Source of the DNA: Verrucomicrobiales bacterium
Lineage (GTDB): Bacteria; Verrucomicrobiota; Verrucomicrobiia; Verrucomicrobiales; V1-33
DNA: 64,000 bases
NCBI GenBank assembly: GCA_965229245.1
Contig: CBDDIW010000001.1
Coordinates: 650,372-714,371 of the forward strand
Direction: 5' to 3'
Below, piece by piece: positions 8,296-17,618 of the stretch. Made by a program: the position numbers and the translations under genes. Position 1 is the first letter of the stretch. Every line of letters begins with the position of its first letter. The notes beneath the pieces are model-generated. The model was not told the origin of the DNA and did no database searches. It worked only from the letters and a program-made list of their open reading frames with translations.

Positions 8296-9053
8296 TCGGT
8301 CTCCCTTCAACCATTCTCGCCGTCATCACCACTTTTGCGCACAGCGGCGTGCGCTGCCTGCTCATGGGCGGACAGGCCTGTTGGGTATACGGCTCCGGCC
8401 AGGCAAGCAAAGACGTGGACTTTGCCATCATGGCGGATAGCGGAAATTTGGAGCAATTGCGCGTGGTCCTCGCGGACCTGGCGGCCCAAAACATTGCCGT
8501 TCCCGCCCTGGATCAGCAATTTCTGGATGCCGGACTCGCCGTGCATTTTCGCTGCTCCCGAAAAGACGCCGCGGGTATCCGGGTGGATGTCATGTCGAAA
8601 ATGCGGGGCGTGGATTACTTCGACGCCCTGTGGGAGCGCCGGGCGGTCGCTATCGTGGGAGACGGAGTGGAACTCAACCTCCTTTCCTTGCGTGATCTTA
8701 TCCGTGCAAAGAAAACCCAGCGGGATAAAGACTGGCCTATGATCAGCACACTCGTTTCCGGGCATTACCTGAGAAACGGCCACGATCCCTCGCCCGCAAA
8801 TATCGCTCTTTGGCTGGAGGAGCTTCGTGATCCGGAACTGCTTCTGGAAGCAGTGACCCGCTACCCGGCCGAAGCCGCAAAGGTAGCCTCTTTGCGCGGA
8901 CCGGTGACTATCGCCCGCGACCCCTCCTCTTCCATGGATGACATCCGCCGGGCCATCCGGGACGAAGAGGACGCCGAACGCGCGGCGGACCGGGCCTATT
9001 GGGAACCATTGAAAAAACAACTCGCGGAACTCCGCCGGCAAAAGTATGACTGA
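8292..9053 (+). CDS. hypothetical protein, possibly a Pol-beta-type nucleotidyltransferase fold
   Basis: 253 aa. LMGGQACWVYGSGQASKDVDFAI resembles the hG[GS]...DxD nucleotidyltransferase motif, with a third acidic residue in RVDVM. Overlaps lutB start by 8 bp. Confidence 0.45.
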   Translation: MIGLPSTILAVITTFAHSGVRCLLMGGQACWVYGSGQASKDVDFAIMADSGNLEQLRVVLADLAAQNIAVPALDQQFLDAGLAVHFRCSRKDAAGIRVDVMSKMRGVDYFDALWERRAVAIVGDGVELNLLSLRDLIRAKKTQRDKDWPMISTLVSGHYLRNGHDPSPANIALWLEELRDPELLLEAVTRYPAEAAKVASLRGPVTIARDPSSSMDDIRRAIRDEEDAERAADRAYWEPLKKQLAELRRQKYD

Positions 9054-10479
9054 CACCAAACCCGCCCACCAGTTTCACACGGACGCGGACCAGGTCTCCG
9101 CGGACCTCATTCACCGGCGGCGCATCCAGGGAGCCATGGGGAAATACCTGGCCGCGCGCGGGCCGCGCCAGGCGGCTTTCCGCGACTGGCAGGAGGCCCG
9201 GCAGACGGCGGCGGAGACGAAGTGGGCCGCACTCAATGAGCTGGACAAACACCTTCTGGAGTTTGAAAAACAGGCCACCGCGCGCGGCACCCAAGTGCAC
9301 TGGTGCGGCACCGGGGAAAAGGCGCGGGAGGTCATCGTGGACATCATCCGGAGGCACAAAGCCCAGCGCATTGTGAAGTCCAAGGTGATGACCTCCGAGG
9401 AGATCCATCTCAACAAGCTCCTGGAAAAGCTGGGCTTCAGCGTGGTGGAAAGCGACCTCGGGGAATACATCCAGCAGCTCAAAGGCGAGCCTCCCTATCA
9501 CTTCGTCTTCCCCTGCATGCACCTCAGCCGGGAGGAGATCAGCGACCTCTTTGAAAACAAACTCGGCACCGCGCAAACGCACGATCCCGAGGAGCTCACC
9601 ATGATCGCCCGGAAGGTGCTGCGGCAGAAGTATCTGGAGGCGGATATCGGGTTCACCGGCGCGAATTTCATCGTGGCCGAGACCGGCATGATCTCCATCA
9701 CGGAAAACGAGGGGAACGCCCGGCTCTCCGCCGCCCTGCCGCGAGTGATGATCACCCTCGTGGGCATCGAGAAAATGGTGCCACGCCTCGCGGATCTGGC
9801 GCTCTTTCTCCCCATGCTGGCCACGGCGGGCACGGGGCAGCCGCTCACGTGTTATAATACAGTGTATGGCGGGCCCCGCCAGCCCGGCGAGGTGGACGGC
9901 CCGCTGGAGTGGCACGTCATCCTCCTGGATAACAACCGCACCACCCTCCTCGCGGACCCGGAGCAGCGGGACGCGCTGCACTGCATCCGCTGCGGGGCGT
10001 GTCTGAATGTGTGCCCGGTCTTCAAGAACATCGGCGGCCTGAGCTACGGCACCACTTACCAGGGGCCCATCGGCAGCGTCATCACGCCACACTTGCGCGG
10101 GCTCCAGGACTGGAAGCACCTGTCAGGAGCCTCCTCCCTCTGCGGCGCGTGCACGGAGACGTGCCCGGTGAAGATAGACCTGCATCACCACCTGCTCCAG
10201 AGCCGCCGGAACGCGGTGCGGCAAAAGCGCGGGCGCACGGAGGGCCTGATGTGGCGGGGATTCAGCTTCCTGATGAAGCGCCCGCAGCTTTACCGGGCCG
10301 GGCTGAAGGCGGGCCGGCTGTTCCAGCCGCTGCACGCACTCGTGAAGGGAGGCGCGCTTGATCCCGCGCGCGCATGGACGAAGTCCCGGGAGCTCCCGGA
10401 GGTCGCGCCGCGTTCGTTTCGCGACTGGTGGAGCCACCGCCCTCCCAAAACCCCATCCCCCCCCACCGGCCACTCATGA
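9046..10479 (+). CDS. lutB: lactate utilization protein B (LutB, LUD domain plus 4Fe-4S ferredoxin)
   Basis: 477 aa. 4Fe-4S motifs CIRCGACLNVCPV and CGACTETCPV, with an N-terminal DUF162/LUD region. Confidence 0.85.
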   Translation: MTDTKPAHQFHTDADQVSADLIHRRRIQGAMGKYLAARGPRQAAFRDWQEARQTAAETKWAALNELDKHLLEFEKQATARGTQVHWCGTGEKAREVIVDIIRRHKAQRIVKSKVMTSEEIHLNKLLEKLGFSVVESDLGEYIQQLKGEPPYHFVFPCMHLSREEISDLFENKLGTAQTHDPEELTMIARKVLRQKYLEADIGFTGANFIVAETGMISITENEGNARLSAALPRVMITLVGIEKMVPRLADLALFLPMLATAGTGQPLTCYNTVYGGPRQPGEVDGPLEWHVILLDNNRTTLLADPEQRDALHCIRCGACLNVCPVFKNIGGLSYGTTYQGPIGSVITPHLRGLQDWKHLSGASSLCGACTETCPVKIDLHHHLLQSRRNAVRQKRGRTEGLMWRGFSFLMKRPQLYRAGLKAGRLFQPLHALVKGGALDPARAWTKSRELPEVAPRSFRDWWSHRPPKTPSPPTGHS

Positions 10480-10904
10480 GCTTCCCCATCCGCAGCCCCC
10501 GCCACCAGACCGGCGGCATCTACGTCTTCGCCCGCATCCTGGATAAAATCCGCCTCAATGCCGAGGGCAGTCTCCCCGCGGGTTACCACGTGGGCATCAT
10601 TCCCGGAAACCGCACCTTCGATGACCGGGTGTGCAAGTTCCTCCACATCAACTTCGACACCCTGGTGCCCCGCGTGCTCCAGGGCGGCACGGACGAGGAA
10701 ATCCTGGAATGGTGCTTTGAGAGTGGCCGCCGTCCCTCGGAGGAGGAGGTGGAAATCTGGAACGGCTTCATGAGCAAACGCGGCTGGCGGGACTGGGCCC
10801 AGTCCGGCTTTGATAAATCCCGCGCGGATGCCGGTTTCGAGGACCGGGAGGACATCCAGTGCTATTTTGATCTCATGGATGCGGAGGAGGGGCGGGGCGC
10901 GTGA
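10476..10904 (+). CDS. conserved hypothetical protein inserted between lutB and lutC
   Basis: 142 aa (MSFPIRSPRHQTGGIYVFARILDKIRL...). ATGA overlap with the lutB stop and GTGA overlap with the lutC start, so it appears translationally coupled inside the lut operon. Confidence 0.5.
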   Translation: MSFPIRSPRHQTGGIYVFARILDKIRLNAEGSLPAGYHVGIIPGNRTFDDRVCKFLHINFDTLVPRVLQGGTDEEILEWCFESGRRPSEEEVEIWNGFMSKRGWRDWAQSGFDKSRADAGFEDREDIQCYFDLMDAEEGRGA

Positions 10905-11590
10905 GCGATCGCGAGGCCATCCTTTCCCGCATCCGGGCGGCGCTCACGGTCACCGCGCCGCGTCCCGGCGCGCACGATCACCAGCCGCTCTCCACCGCGC
11001 GGAAAGCCGCCGCCTCCGCGCGCGCCTGGCTGCCCGCCGCCGGGGAGACTCCGGATGAATGGCTGGCCCTCTTCGCGAAGAACTCCGCGGACCTGAAGAC
11101 CACCTTCCTCGCCGTGCCGGACGAAGCCGCCGCCCACGCCGCCCTGCGGGATCTCGCGGCGGCGGAGGGCTGGAGATTCGTGGCCACGCACCGGGGCACG
11201 CTGGCCGCGCCCGCCGCCGTCTCCGCGGGCCCGGCCGTCATGACCGTCACGGAGGGCTACGATGTCCAGGAGCTGGAACGCTGCGACGCGGGCATCTCTG
11301 AATGCGAGGCCCTCATCGCGCAGACCGGCTCCGTGCTGCTCACTGCCCGGGATGGCGGCGGGCGCGCGCTTTCCGTGCTGCCCCCGCACCACGTGGTCAT
11401 CGCCCGGCGCGGACAGCTCCTCCCGGATCTCCCCGCCGCCTATGCCCTGCTGCACGAGAAATACGGCTCGACGGGCTGGCCCGGCATGATGACCCTCATC
11501 ACCGGCCCCAGCCGCACGGCGGACATTGAGCGCATCCTCGTTCTTGGAGCCCACGGGCCGAAGAAGCTGACGGTGATCCTGTTTCCCTGA
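10901..11590 (+). CDS. lutC: lactate utilization protein C (LutC, LUD domain)
   Basis: 229 aa with a GTG start. LUD/DUF162-like protein in the expected position after lutB. Confidence 0.75.
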   Translation: MSDREAILSRIRAALTVTAPRPGAHDHQPLSTARKAAASARAWLPAAGETPDEWLALFAKNSADLKTTFLAVPDEAAAHAALRDLAAAEGWRFVATHRGTLAAPAAVSAGPAVMTVTEGYDVQELERCDAGISECEALIAQTGSVLLTARDGGGRALSVLPPHHVVIARRGQLLPDLPAAYALLHEKYGSTGWPGMMTLITGPSRTADIERILVLGAHGPKKLTVILFP

Positions 11591-11641
11591 TACGGGACAG
11601 GAAACCGGGGTGCCGATTCCTCCCCGCCGAACCTCCGGGGA

Positions 11642-12742
11642 TCACTGACGTTCGCTCATTTCCTGCTTCAGCCGGAGCTGGCCGCAGGCGGCGTCGATGT
11701 CATGTCCTTTTTCCCGGCGGATGGTGGCGGGGATGCCGGCGTTGTCCAGAACGGCGAGAAAGGCGTCCTGATCCGCCTCGGACGGCCGTGTCCATGGCAG
11801 GCCCTCCACGGTGTTGTAGGGAATGAGATTCACCTTCGCCTGAATGGACCGCGCCCGGCGCGCGAGGGCGGCGGCGTGTTCCGGGCGGTCATTCACATTC
11901 TCTATGAGGATATATTCGAGGGTGATTTTCTGCTTCTTCCGGTCCCGGAAATAAACCAGCGCGTCAAAGAGCTGGTCCAGTGGGTACTTCCGGTTCACGG
12001 GCATGATGACACTCCGCACTTCATCCGTGGCTCCGTGGAGGCTGATGGCCAGCCGCACGGGCATGGGGAAGTCCGCCAGCTTTTTGATCTGCGGCGCGAG
12101 CCCGCTGGTGGAAACGGTGATGTGCCGGGCTCCGATGCCGATGCCCCAGTCCGCCTGGATGATGCGGATGGCGCGGGAGAGATTCGTAAAATTCGCCAGC
12201 GGCTCGCCCATGCCCATGAAGACGATATTATCGATGCGGGAGCCGTCATACGCCTCCGCCTGGAGGATCTGCTCCACAATCTCGTCCGCCCGCAGATTCC
12301 GCGTAAACCCGGCCAGCCCGGAGGCGCAGAATTTACAGTCATAAGCGCAGCCCACCTGACTGCTCACGCAGATGGTGCGGCGGTCACTCTGCTCCCCGAA
12401 GGCTCCGCGATTGGCCGGAATGAGCACGCTCTCCACATAGCGTCCATCGTGCAGCCGGAAGAGGAATTTCCGGGTGGTATCCTTCGCGCCCTGCACCTTC
12501 GCGATCCGCATGGTGTGCAGGGGGTGCGTGGCTGTGAGCCGCGCGCGGAGGGACTTCCCCAGGCTGGTCATGGATTCATAGCCCGCCGCCCGCTTCTGGA
12601 AGACCCAGTCCAGGATCTGCTTTGCCCGGTAGCGGGGCTCCCCCCAGGACGCAAGCTCCTCCTCCAGCTCCTCCGGAAGCATTCCGGTAAGAGCGGGCGC
12701 GTCGGAGGGGGCAAGGGCTGGCGAACTGGCGGCGGTTTCCAC
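11642..12742 (-). CDS. rlmN: 23S rRNA (adenine2503-C2)-methyltransferase RlmN (radical SAM)
   Basis: 366 aa. Radical-SAM motif CAYDCKFCASG and the conserved RlmN C-terminal region (NLIPYN, ACGQL). Confidence 0.9.
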   Translation of the reverse strand: METAASSPALAPSDAPALTGMLPEELEEELASWGEPRYRAKQILDWVFQKRAAGYESMTSLGKSLRARLTATHPLHTMRIAKVQGAKDTTRKFLFRLHDGRYVESVLIPANRGAFGEQSDRRTICVSSQVGCAYDCKFCASGLAGFTRNLRADEIVEQILQAEAYDGSRIDNIVFMGMGEPLANFTNLSRAIRIIQADWGIGIGARHITVSTSGLAPQIKKLADFPMPVRLAISLHGATDEVRSVIMPVNRKYPLDQLFDALVYFRDRKKQKITLEYILIENVNDRPEHAAALARRARSIQAKVNLIPYNTVEGLPWTRPSEADQDAFLAVLDNAGIPATIRREKGHDIDAACGQLRLKQEMSERQ

Positions 12743-12855
12743 GATAAGTAATGGATCGCACGGCTGCCGCGGCGGCGAAAGCCGAAAGAACAGAGCAGTT
12801 TCTGTTTCCGGCTCCCGTCGGAAAGCGAGACAGGAAAAAGGAAAAGACCGGAGGA

Positions 12856-13845
12856 TTACCCGACGGTCACGCGCACGCCTTGGGTGGTGCCGATGACCCC
12901 CAGTTCCCGCGCGCCGGAGCCGGCGGCGAGGGCTTTCTCTTTATCCGCGGCCGGAACGATGACCACCCAGCCCCAGCCCATGTTGAACGTATGGAGCTGG
13001 CTCTCCGGATCACAGTGGCGGAGCACCTTCGGGATGGCTCCCAGAGTCCATTCCGGGATGGAAATGTCCGCGCCTTTTTCACCCAGGAAGCGCTCCAGAT
13101 TCTCCGGCAGCCCGCCTCCGGTGATGTGGGCCATGGCCTTGATATCACAGCCCGCGGCGCGCAGGGCGGCCACTTCCTCATGATACAGGGCGGTGGGGGC
13201 CAGCATTTCCCGGATCTCCTCGCGGGTGAAGTCCTCCGGATGCTCGCGCAGCACGCGGCGCACAAGGCTCCAGCCGTTGGCATGGAATCCGGCGGAGGGA
13301 TAGCCCACCAGCACGTCCCCGGGCTCCACGCGCTCCGGGTTGATGAGGTCCTTCTTTTCCACCGCGCCGATAGCGAAACCGCTGAGTTCGATGAGACCGT
13401 CCGGCACGATGCCCGGCATCTCCGCCGTCTCACCCCCGGCCAGGATGCAATCGCACGCGCTCAGCCAGTCCGTCATGCCGGCGATGAGGCGGGTGATCTG
13501 CGTTTTGTCGATGCGCCCGATACCGATGTAATCCAGGAACATAATGGGGTCCCCGCCCGTGGTGAGGACATCATTCACACTCATGGCCACCAGGTCCTTG
13601 CCCGCGGTCTCCAGTTCATCGTGCTCCAGCAGGAGCTCCAGCTTCGTGCCCACGCCATCGCAGCCGGTCACGATCACCGGCTCCTTATAGTCGCTCAGAT
13701 CATAGGCGGCGGCAAAGAGGCCGAAGGCACCGAAAAGCTTGCGTTTCGTCTCGGTGCGGCGGCGGAGTTCACCGAAGACATCCCCCACGAGGGCGGCGGC
13801 GGCTTTGGTATCGACTCCGGCTTCTTTGTAGGTGAGCTTGGCCAT
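12856..13845 (-). CDS. purM: phosphoribosylformylglycinamidine cyclo-ligase (AIR synthase)
   Basis: 329 aa. MAKLTYKEAGVDTKAAAAL N-terminus and the AIRS domain signature. Confidence 0.9.
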   Translation of the reverse strand: MAKLTYKEAGVDTKAAAALVGDVFGELRRRTETKRKLFGAFGLFAAAYDLSDYKEPVIVTGCDGVGTKLELLLEHDELETAGKDLVAMSVNDVLTTGGDPIMFLDYIGIGRIDKTQITRLIAGMTDWLSACDCILAGGETAEMPGIVPDGLIELSGFAIGAVEKKDLINPERVEPGDVLVGYPSAGFHANGWSLVRRVLREHPEDFTREEIREMLAPTALYHEEVAALRAAGCDIKAMAHITGGGLPENLERFLGEKGADISIPEWTLGAIPKVLRHCDPESQLHTFNMGWGWVVIVPAADKEKALAAGSGARELGVIGTTQGVRVTVG

Positions 13846-13905
13846 GCGGGAAAAAAGGTGCGGCTGGGAGGCAGGGGGGTGTTGTTGGGAGGAGAGGGGA
13901 AAAGA

Positions 13906-14643
13906 TCAGGCGAGGAGCTTGCTCTGGCCGCTGAGTTCGCGCCAGATGGAGCGGAAGAAATAATAGCCGTAGCCGTGCTCGCCATCGCCCTTCCAGTCCT
14001 GATCGTAGTGATGCGAACGGAAAAGAAAGCGCTCCGGGTGCGGCATGAGGCCAAAAACCCGGCCTGTCTCGTCCTGGAGGCCGGCGATGCGCTGGCTGGA
14101 GCCGTTCACATCGTCCTCGTATTGCAACGTCACGAGACCCTTCGCGAAGTATTCCTCCACCTTCCCCTCCGGAGCCACGAAGCGGCCCTCGGCGTGGGCG
14201 ATGGGGAGTTCCCACTCCTCCGGCAGTTCCGCCAGGAAGGGATTGTCCCGCTGCACGCTTTTCAGCTTCACCCACCGGCACTGGAAGCGCCCGCTGGCGT
14301 TGTCGATGAGGGAGCCCGTGGGCAGCACGCCGATCTTGCTGAGAATCTGGAAGCCGTTGCAGATCCCGAGCACATAGCCGCCGCCCGAGATGAAGTGCTC
14401 CAGGGACTGCCCCAGCCGCCGCTCCGTGACCAACTGGGCGATGCGCCCGGCCATGACGTAGTCCCCGTAGGAAAAGCCGCCGCTCATCACCACCAGTTGC
14501 GCCGCCTTCAGATGATCCGGCGTGACGAGGGAAATGGGCACGATGTTCGTGCCAAACCCGGCGGTCTTCAACGCACGGGAAGTCTCCGCATCACAGTTGG
14601 TCCCGGGGAATTTGATGAGCAAAGCTGAAGGCTGGGAGTTCAT
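13906..14643 (-). CDS. purQ: phosphoribosylformylglycinamidine synthase subunit PurQ (glutaminase)
   Basis: LLIKFPGTNCD N-terminus, catalytic GICNGFQ and HPER motifs. Start trimmed to ATG 14643 (the listed ORF extends to 14799). Confidence 0.85.
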   Translation of the reverse strand: MNSQPSALLIKFPGTNCDAETSRALKTAGFGTNIVPISLVTPDHLKAAQLVVMSGGFSYGDYVMAGRIAQLVTERRLGQSLEHFISGGGYVLGICNGFQILSKIGVLPTGSLIDNASGRFQCRWVKLKSVQRDNPFLAELPEEWELPIAHAEGRFVAPEGKVEEYFAKGLVTLQYEDDVNGSSQRIAGLQDETGRVFGLMPHPERFLFRSHHYDQDWKGDGEHGYGYYFFRSIWRELSGQSKLLA

Positions 14644-15015
14644 GAGGAACACCATTACAGGGGCGGGGGCAGGGCGAATGCAAGGGGAAGGTGACCAGGA
14701 GAAAAGCAGGCCCGGTCCGGGGAGCCGGTTGTTGACCGCTCCGTTCAGAGTCAGCTCAGCCCCCGCCGTCACGCCGGTCCACCGGGGCGATGAGCCCATA
14801 CCCGGAAATGGAGTTCCAAAGGCCCGAGCCGGATATAGCCAGAAACGGAGTCTTCTAGTTTCACTTACGGAGCCAGAGAGGGAAGTGTATAATTCCTCAT
14901 GATTTCAATAAACAGCTATGCCCCCGTGTTCACGGAAACCTTTCTTAATTATTTCCCTGGCATTTGATGGTCTCAAATTTAAATAAATTTGAAATAACAG
15001 AAGAAGCAGAATCAA

Positions 15016-15948
15016 ATGGCCCATATCACCTTCATTCATGGCATCTCCAATAAACCGGCGGCGGACCGGTTGTTGCGCATCTGGCTGGATTCCCTTACCG
15101 GGGGGACCGGCGGAATCGATCTGGACGCGGAAGGCGTCACCACTTCCATGATTTATTGGGCGGATGTTCTTTATCCGGAACCGGTCGCCGCGGAAGCCGA
15201 GTTCGTAAATGAAGCGAACACCGCGGAACTGCCCTCCGCCACCGATCCGAATATGAAATGGCGAGAGCATCTTTCCGGGGAGGAAAAAGCCATCACCGAC
15301 GCCCTGGCTGCCAAATTGAGCTTCGATGTGCTTACCGAGGACACCTATGTGCCACCGGTGACCGCGATGGATGCCCAGCTTGAACGAATTCCCCTCCCCT
15401 GGTTTGTAAAACGCCGGGTCATGAAGGAATTCCTTCGTGATGTCCATCACTACCTCTTTAACGAAACCTCCTCACCCCGGCCCGGAGTTTCCTATAAGGT
15501 AAGAGATGAAATCAGAAGTCGAACCATCGCCGCCCTCCAGGCAGGCTCCTCGAAACCGGGCCCGCACCTTCTCGTAAGCCACAGCATGGGGACAGTCATC
15601 GCCTACGATTGTCTCAAGCGGGTTCCGGAATGCCCGGCGGTGGATGGCCTGATGACTGTCGGAAGTCCTCTCGGGATTGATGAAATCCAGGACAAACTCA
15701 AGCCTGAATGGTCTCGCGCCAACGGCTTTCCCTCAAAAGTAAAAGGGGGATGGATCAATATTTATGACAGCCTCGACCCGGTCACGGGTTTTGACGGAAA
15801 CATTGCCAATGACTTCAAGAAAGACGGCCGTGAGGAAGTGGAGGTAATCAATGAACAGAACTACGGCGCCTGGCGGCATGATATCGTCAAGTACCTGGCG
15901 GGCACAAAGCTCCGGGCAAGCCTGGGACGTTTGCTTTCCGGCCTCTAA
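15016..15948 (+). CDS. alpha/beta-hydrolase fold protein, lipase/esterase-like (gene A of candidate three-gene system)
   Basis: 310 aa. ITFIHGI oxyanion-hole-like motif and LVSHSMGT nucleophile elbow (GxSxG). Candidate acid (IYDSLDP) and His (AWRHD) residues. GC is markedly lower than the flanks. Confidence 0.7.
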   Translation: MAHITFIHGISNKPAADRLLRIWLDSLTGGTGGIDLDAEGVTTSMIYWADVLYPEPVAAEAEFVNEANTAELPSATDPNMKWREHLSGEEKAITDALAAKLSFDVLTEDTYVPPVTAMDAQLERIPLPWFVKRRVMKEFLRDVHHYLFNETSSPRPGVSYKVRDEIRSRTIAALQAGSSKPGPHLLVSHSMGTVIAYDCLKRVPECPAVDGLMTVGSPLGIDEIQDKLKPEWSRANGFPSKVKGGWINIYDSLDPVTGFDGNIANDFKKDGREEVEVINEQNYGAWRHDIVKYLAGTKLRASLGRLLSGL

Positions 15949-15962
15949 CCCCCCCTCGACCC

Positions 15963-17612
15963 ATGGCGTGGAATTCGATTACCTTCAATCAGGAGCTGTC
16001 CTCTGCCGCCGGCACTTTTAATTTGGCCGCCGTCTCAGAGTTGTGCGGACAGTTAATCAAACACCTTAACGAAACAGGAGATCCTTATCCTTCAGATGAT
16101 GCCTCGGCGGCAATGTCAATCCTGCGCCGGAAAAGGTATTTCAGTCTCATGATGAAAGTAGGCGCGGCTTTTATGATGACGGGCCGCGCCTCCCTGAAAG
16201 TAATTCGTTTGTTTGCTCAGGCGCAGATCGATGACGGGGATGTCGCCGCCGGGTTGATCACTCTACATGATCTGGCCGCCAAGGCGGAGCTACTCGGGCA
16301 TCAAGGCGAATTGAACGAAGCCCGGGGCTTGATCGGCCGGGCGCATAAGCAGTATTATGTAACCACCGAAGGAAACGCCCCTCACCGGCTGGAACACTTG
16401 AAAAAGTCTCTGAAAGCCTATTTGGAGGTTTATAGCACGTTGCCGGAGAAATGCCTGTGGCACGGGATCAACAGCGTGGCTCTGCTCAGGCGGGCTGAGC
16501 GCGAATCCGTGGACTGTCCTGTTTTCGTGGATCCCGAAACCATCGCGAAACAGATTTTTTCCGTGATTTCCCACTTGAGAGAACCGGTGGAAGTGTGGGA
16601 TTGCGCCACCGCCATGGAAGCCAGCCTGGCTTTGGGGGATCTGAAAAATGCGGGGGCCTGGCTTGAACGGTATGTGGCTCATCCTGACGGGGACGCGTTT
16701 GAACTTGCCAGCACTCTGCGTCAGTTGGAAGAGGTCTGGCAACTGGACTCCGCGCAGGGAGCCGGGCAGTTACTGTTACCGGTTCTCCGGGCTCACCTTC
16801 TCGCGAAGGAGGGTGGAGCGGTGGATATGTCTCTTTCCGAAATGAGGAAATCCGCCGCGGTCTCCCCGCCCCAGGCGTCTGACTTTGAAAAGGTCTTTGG
16901 AACTGACTCCTATAAGGCGCTTGAATGGTTTCGCAAAGGATTGCGGCGGGCCAGGCTTGTGGGCCGCATCGGCAGAACCTCCACCGAGGGACACGGCACG
17001 GGTTTTGTCCTTCTGGGGAAGACGCTCTCTCCAGTGTGGGGCGAAAGTTCAATCCTTCTTACCAACAGCCATGTGGTTTCCGATAATCCGGAGATCTGCA
17101 AACAGGGGGCGCTCCACCCCTCGGAGGTAGTCGTCACCTTTGAGGCCCTTGGAAACGGGGAGGAATATACGGTGGACCTGCTTTGGACCTCCCCTCCCGA
17201 CAAACTGGACGCCACGGTTCTGCTCCTTAAGGATACCTCGAAGCTCGCCCCCCTTTTGACGGATGATCACGCGAAAATAGCGACCGGCCTGCCGCTACTC
17301 AATGATTACGCCCGTGTATATATTATCGGGCATCCCCAGGGAGGAGGCTTGAGTTATTCCCTCCAGGACAATCTGCTGCTGGATCACGAAGATCCTCTGC
17401 TCCACTACCGGGCACCCACGGACCACGGGAGTTCAGGCAGTCCGGTATTCAACGCCAACTGGGATTTCATCGGGCTCCACCATAAGGGCAGCGAGACCAT
17501 GCGGAGATTAAATAAAAAACCGGGCACCTACCCGGCGAACGAAGCCATCTGGCTTCAGGCTGTCATTTCTGAATTGAAAACCCATCCGCCGGCACCCCCG
17601 GCCTCCACTTGA
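15963..17612 (+). CDS. trypsin-like (chymotrypsin-fold) serine peptidase with an about 330-aa N-terminal alpha-helical (TPR-like) domain (gene B)
   Basis: 549 aa. The C-terminal about 200 aa carry His (LLTNSHVV), Asp (DKLDATVLLL) and Ser (DHGSSGSPVF) in canonical order and spacing. The N-terminal region is predicted helical with no recognised motif. Starts 14 bp after gene A. Confidence 0.75.
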   Translation: MAWNSITFNQELSSAAGTFNLAAVSELCGQLIKHLNETGDPYPSDDASAAMSILRRKRYFSLMMKVGAAFMMTGRASLKVIRLFAQAQIDDGDVAAGLITLHDLAAKAELLGHQGELNEARGLIGRAHKQYYVTTEGNAPHRLEHLKKSLKAYLEVYSTLPEKCLWHGINSVALLRRAERESVDCPVFVDPETIAKQIFSVISHLREPVEVWDCATAMEASLALGDLKNAGAWLERYVAHPDGDAFELASTLRQLEEVWQLDSAQGAGQLLLPVLRAHLLAKEGGAVDMSLSEMRKSAAVSPPQASDFEKVFGTDSYKALEWFRKGLRRARLVGRIGRTSTEGHGTGFVLLGKTLSPVWGESSILLTNSHVVSDNPEICKQGALHPSEVVVTFEALGNGEEYTVDLLWTSPPDKLDATVLLLKDTSKLAPLLTDDHAKIATGLPLLNDYARVYIIGHPQGGGLSYSLQDNLLLDHEDPLLHYRAPTDHGSSGSPVFNANWDFIGLHHKGSETMRRLNKKPGTYPANEAIWLQAVISELKTHPPAPPAST

Positions 17613-17618
17613 TTTCCT

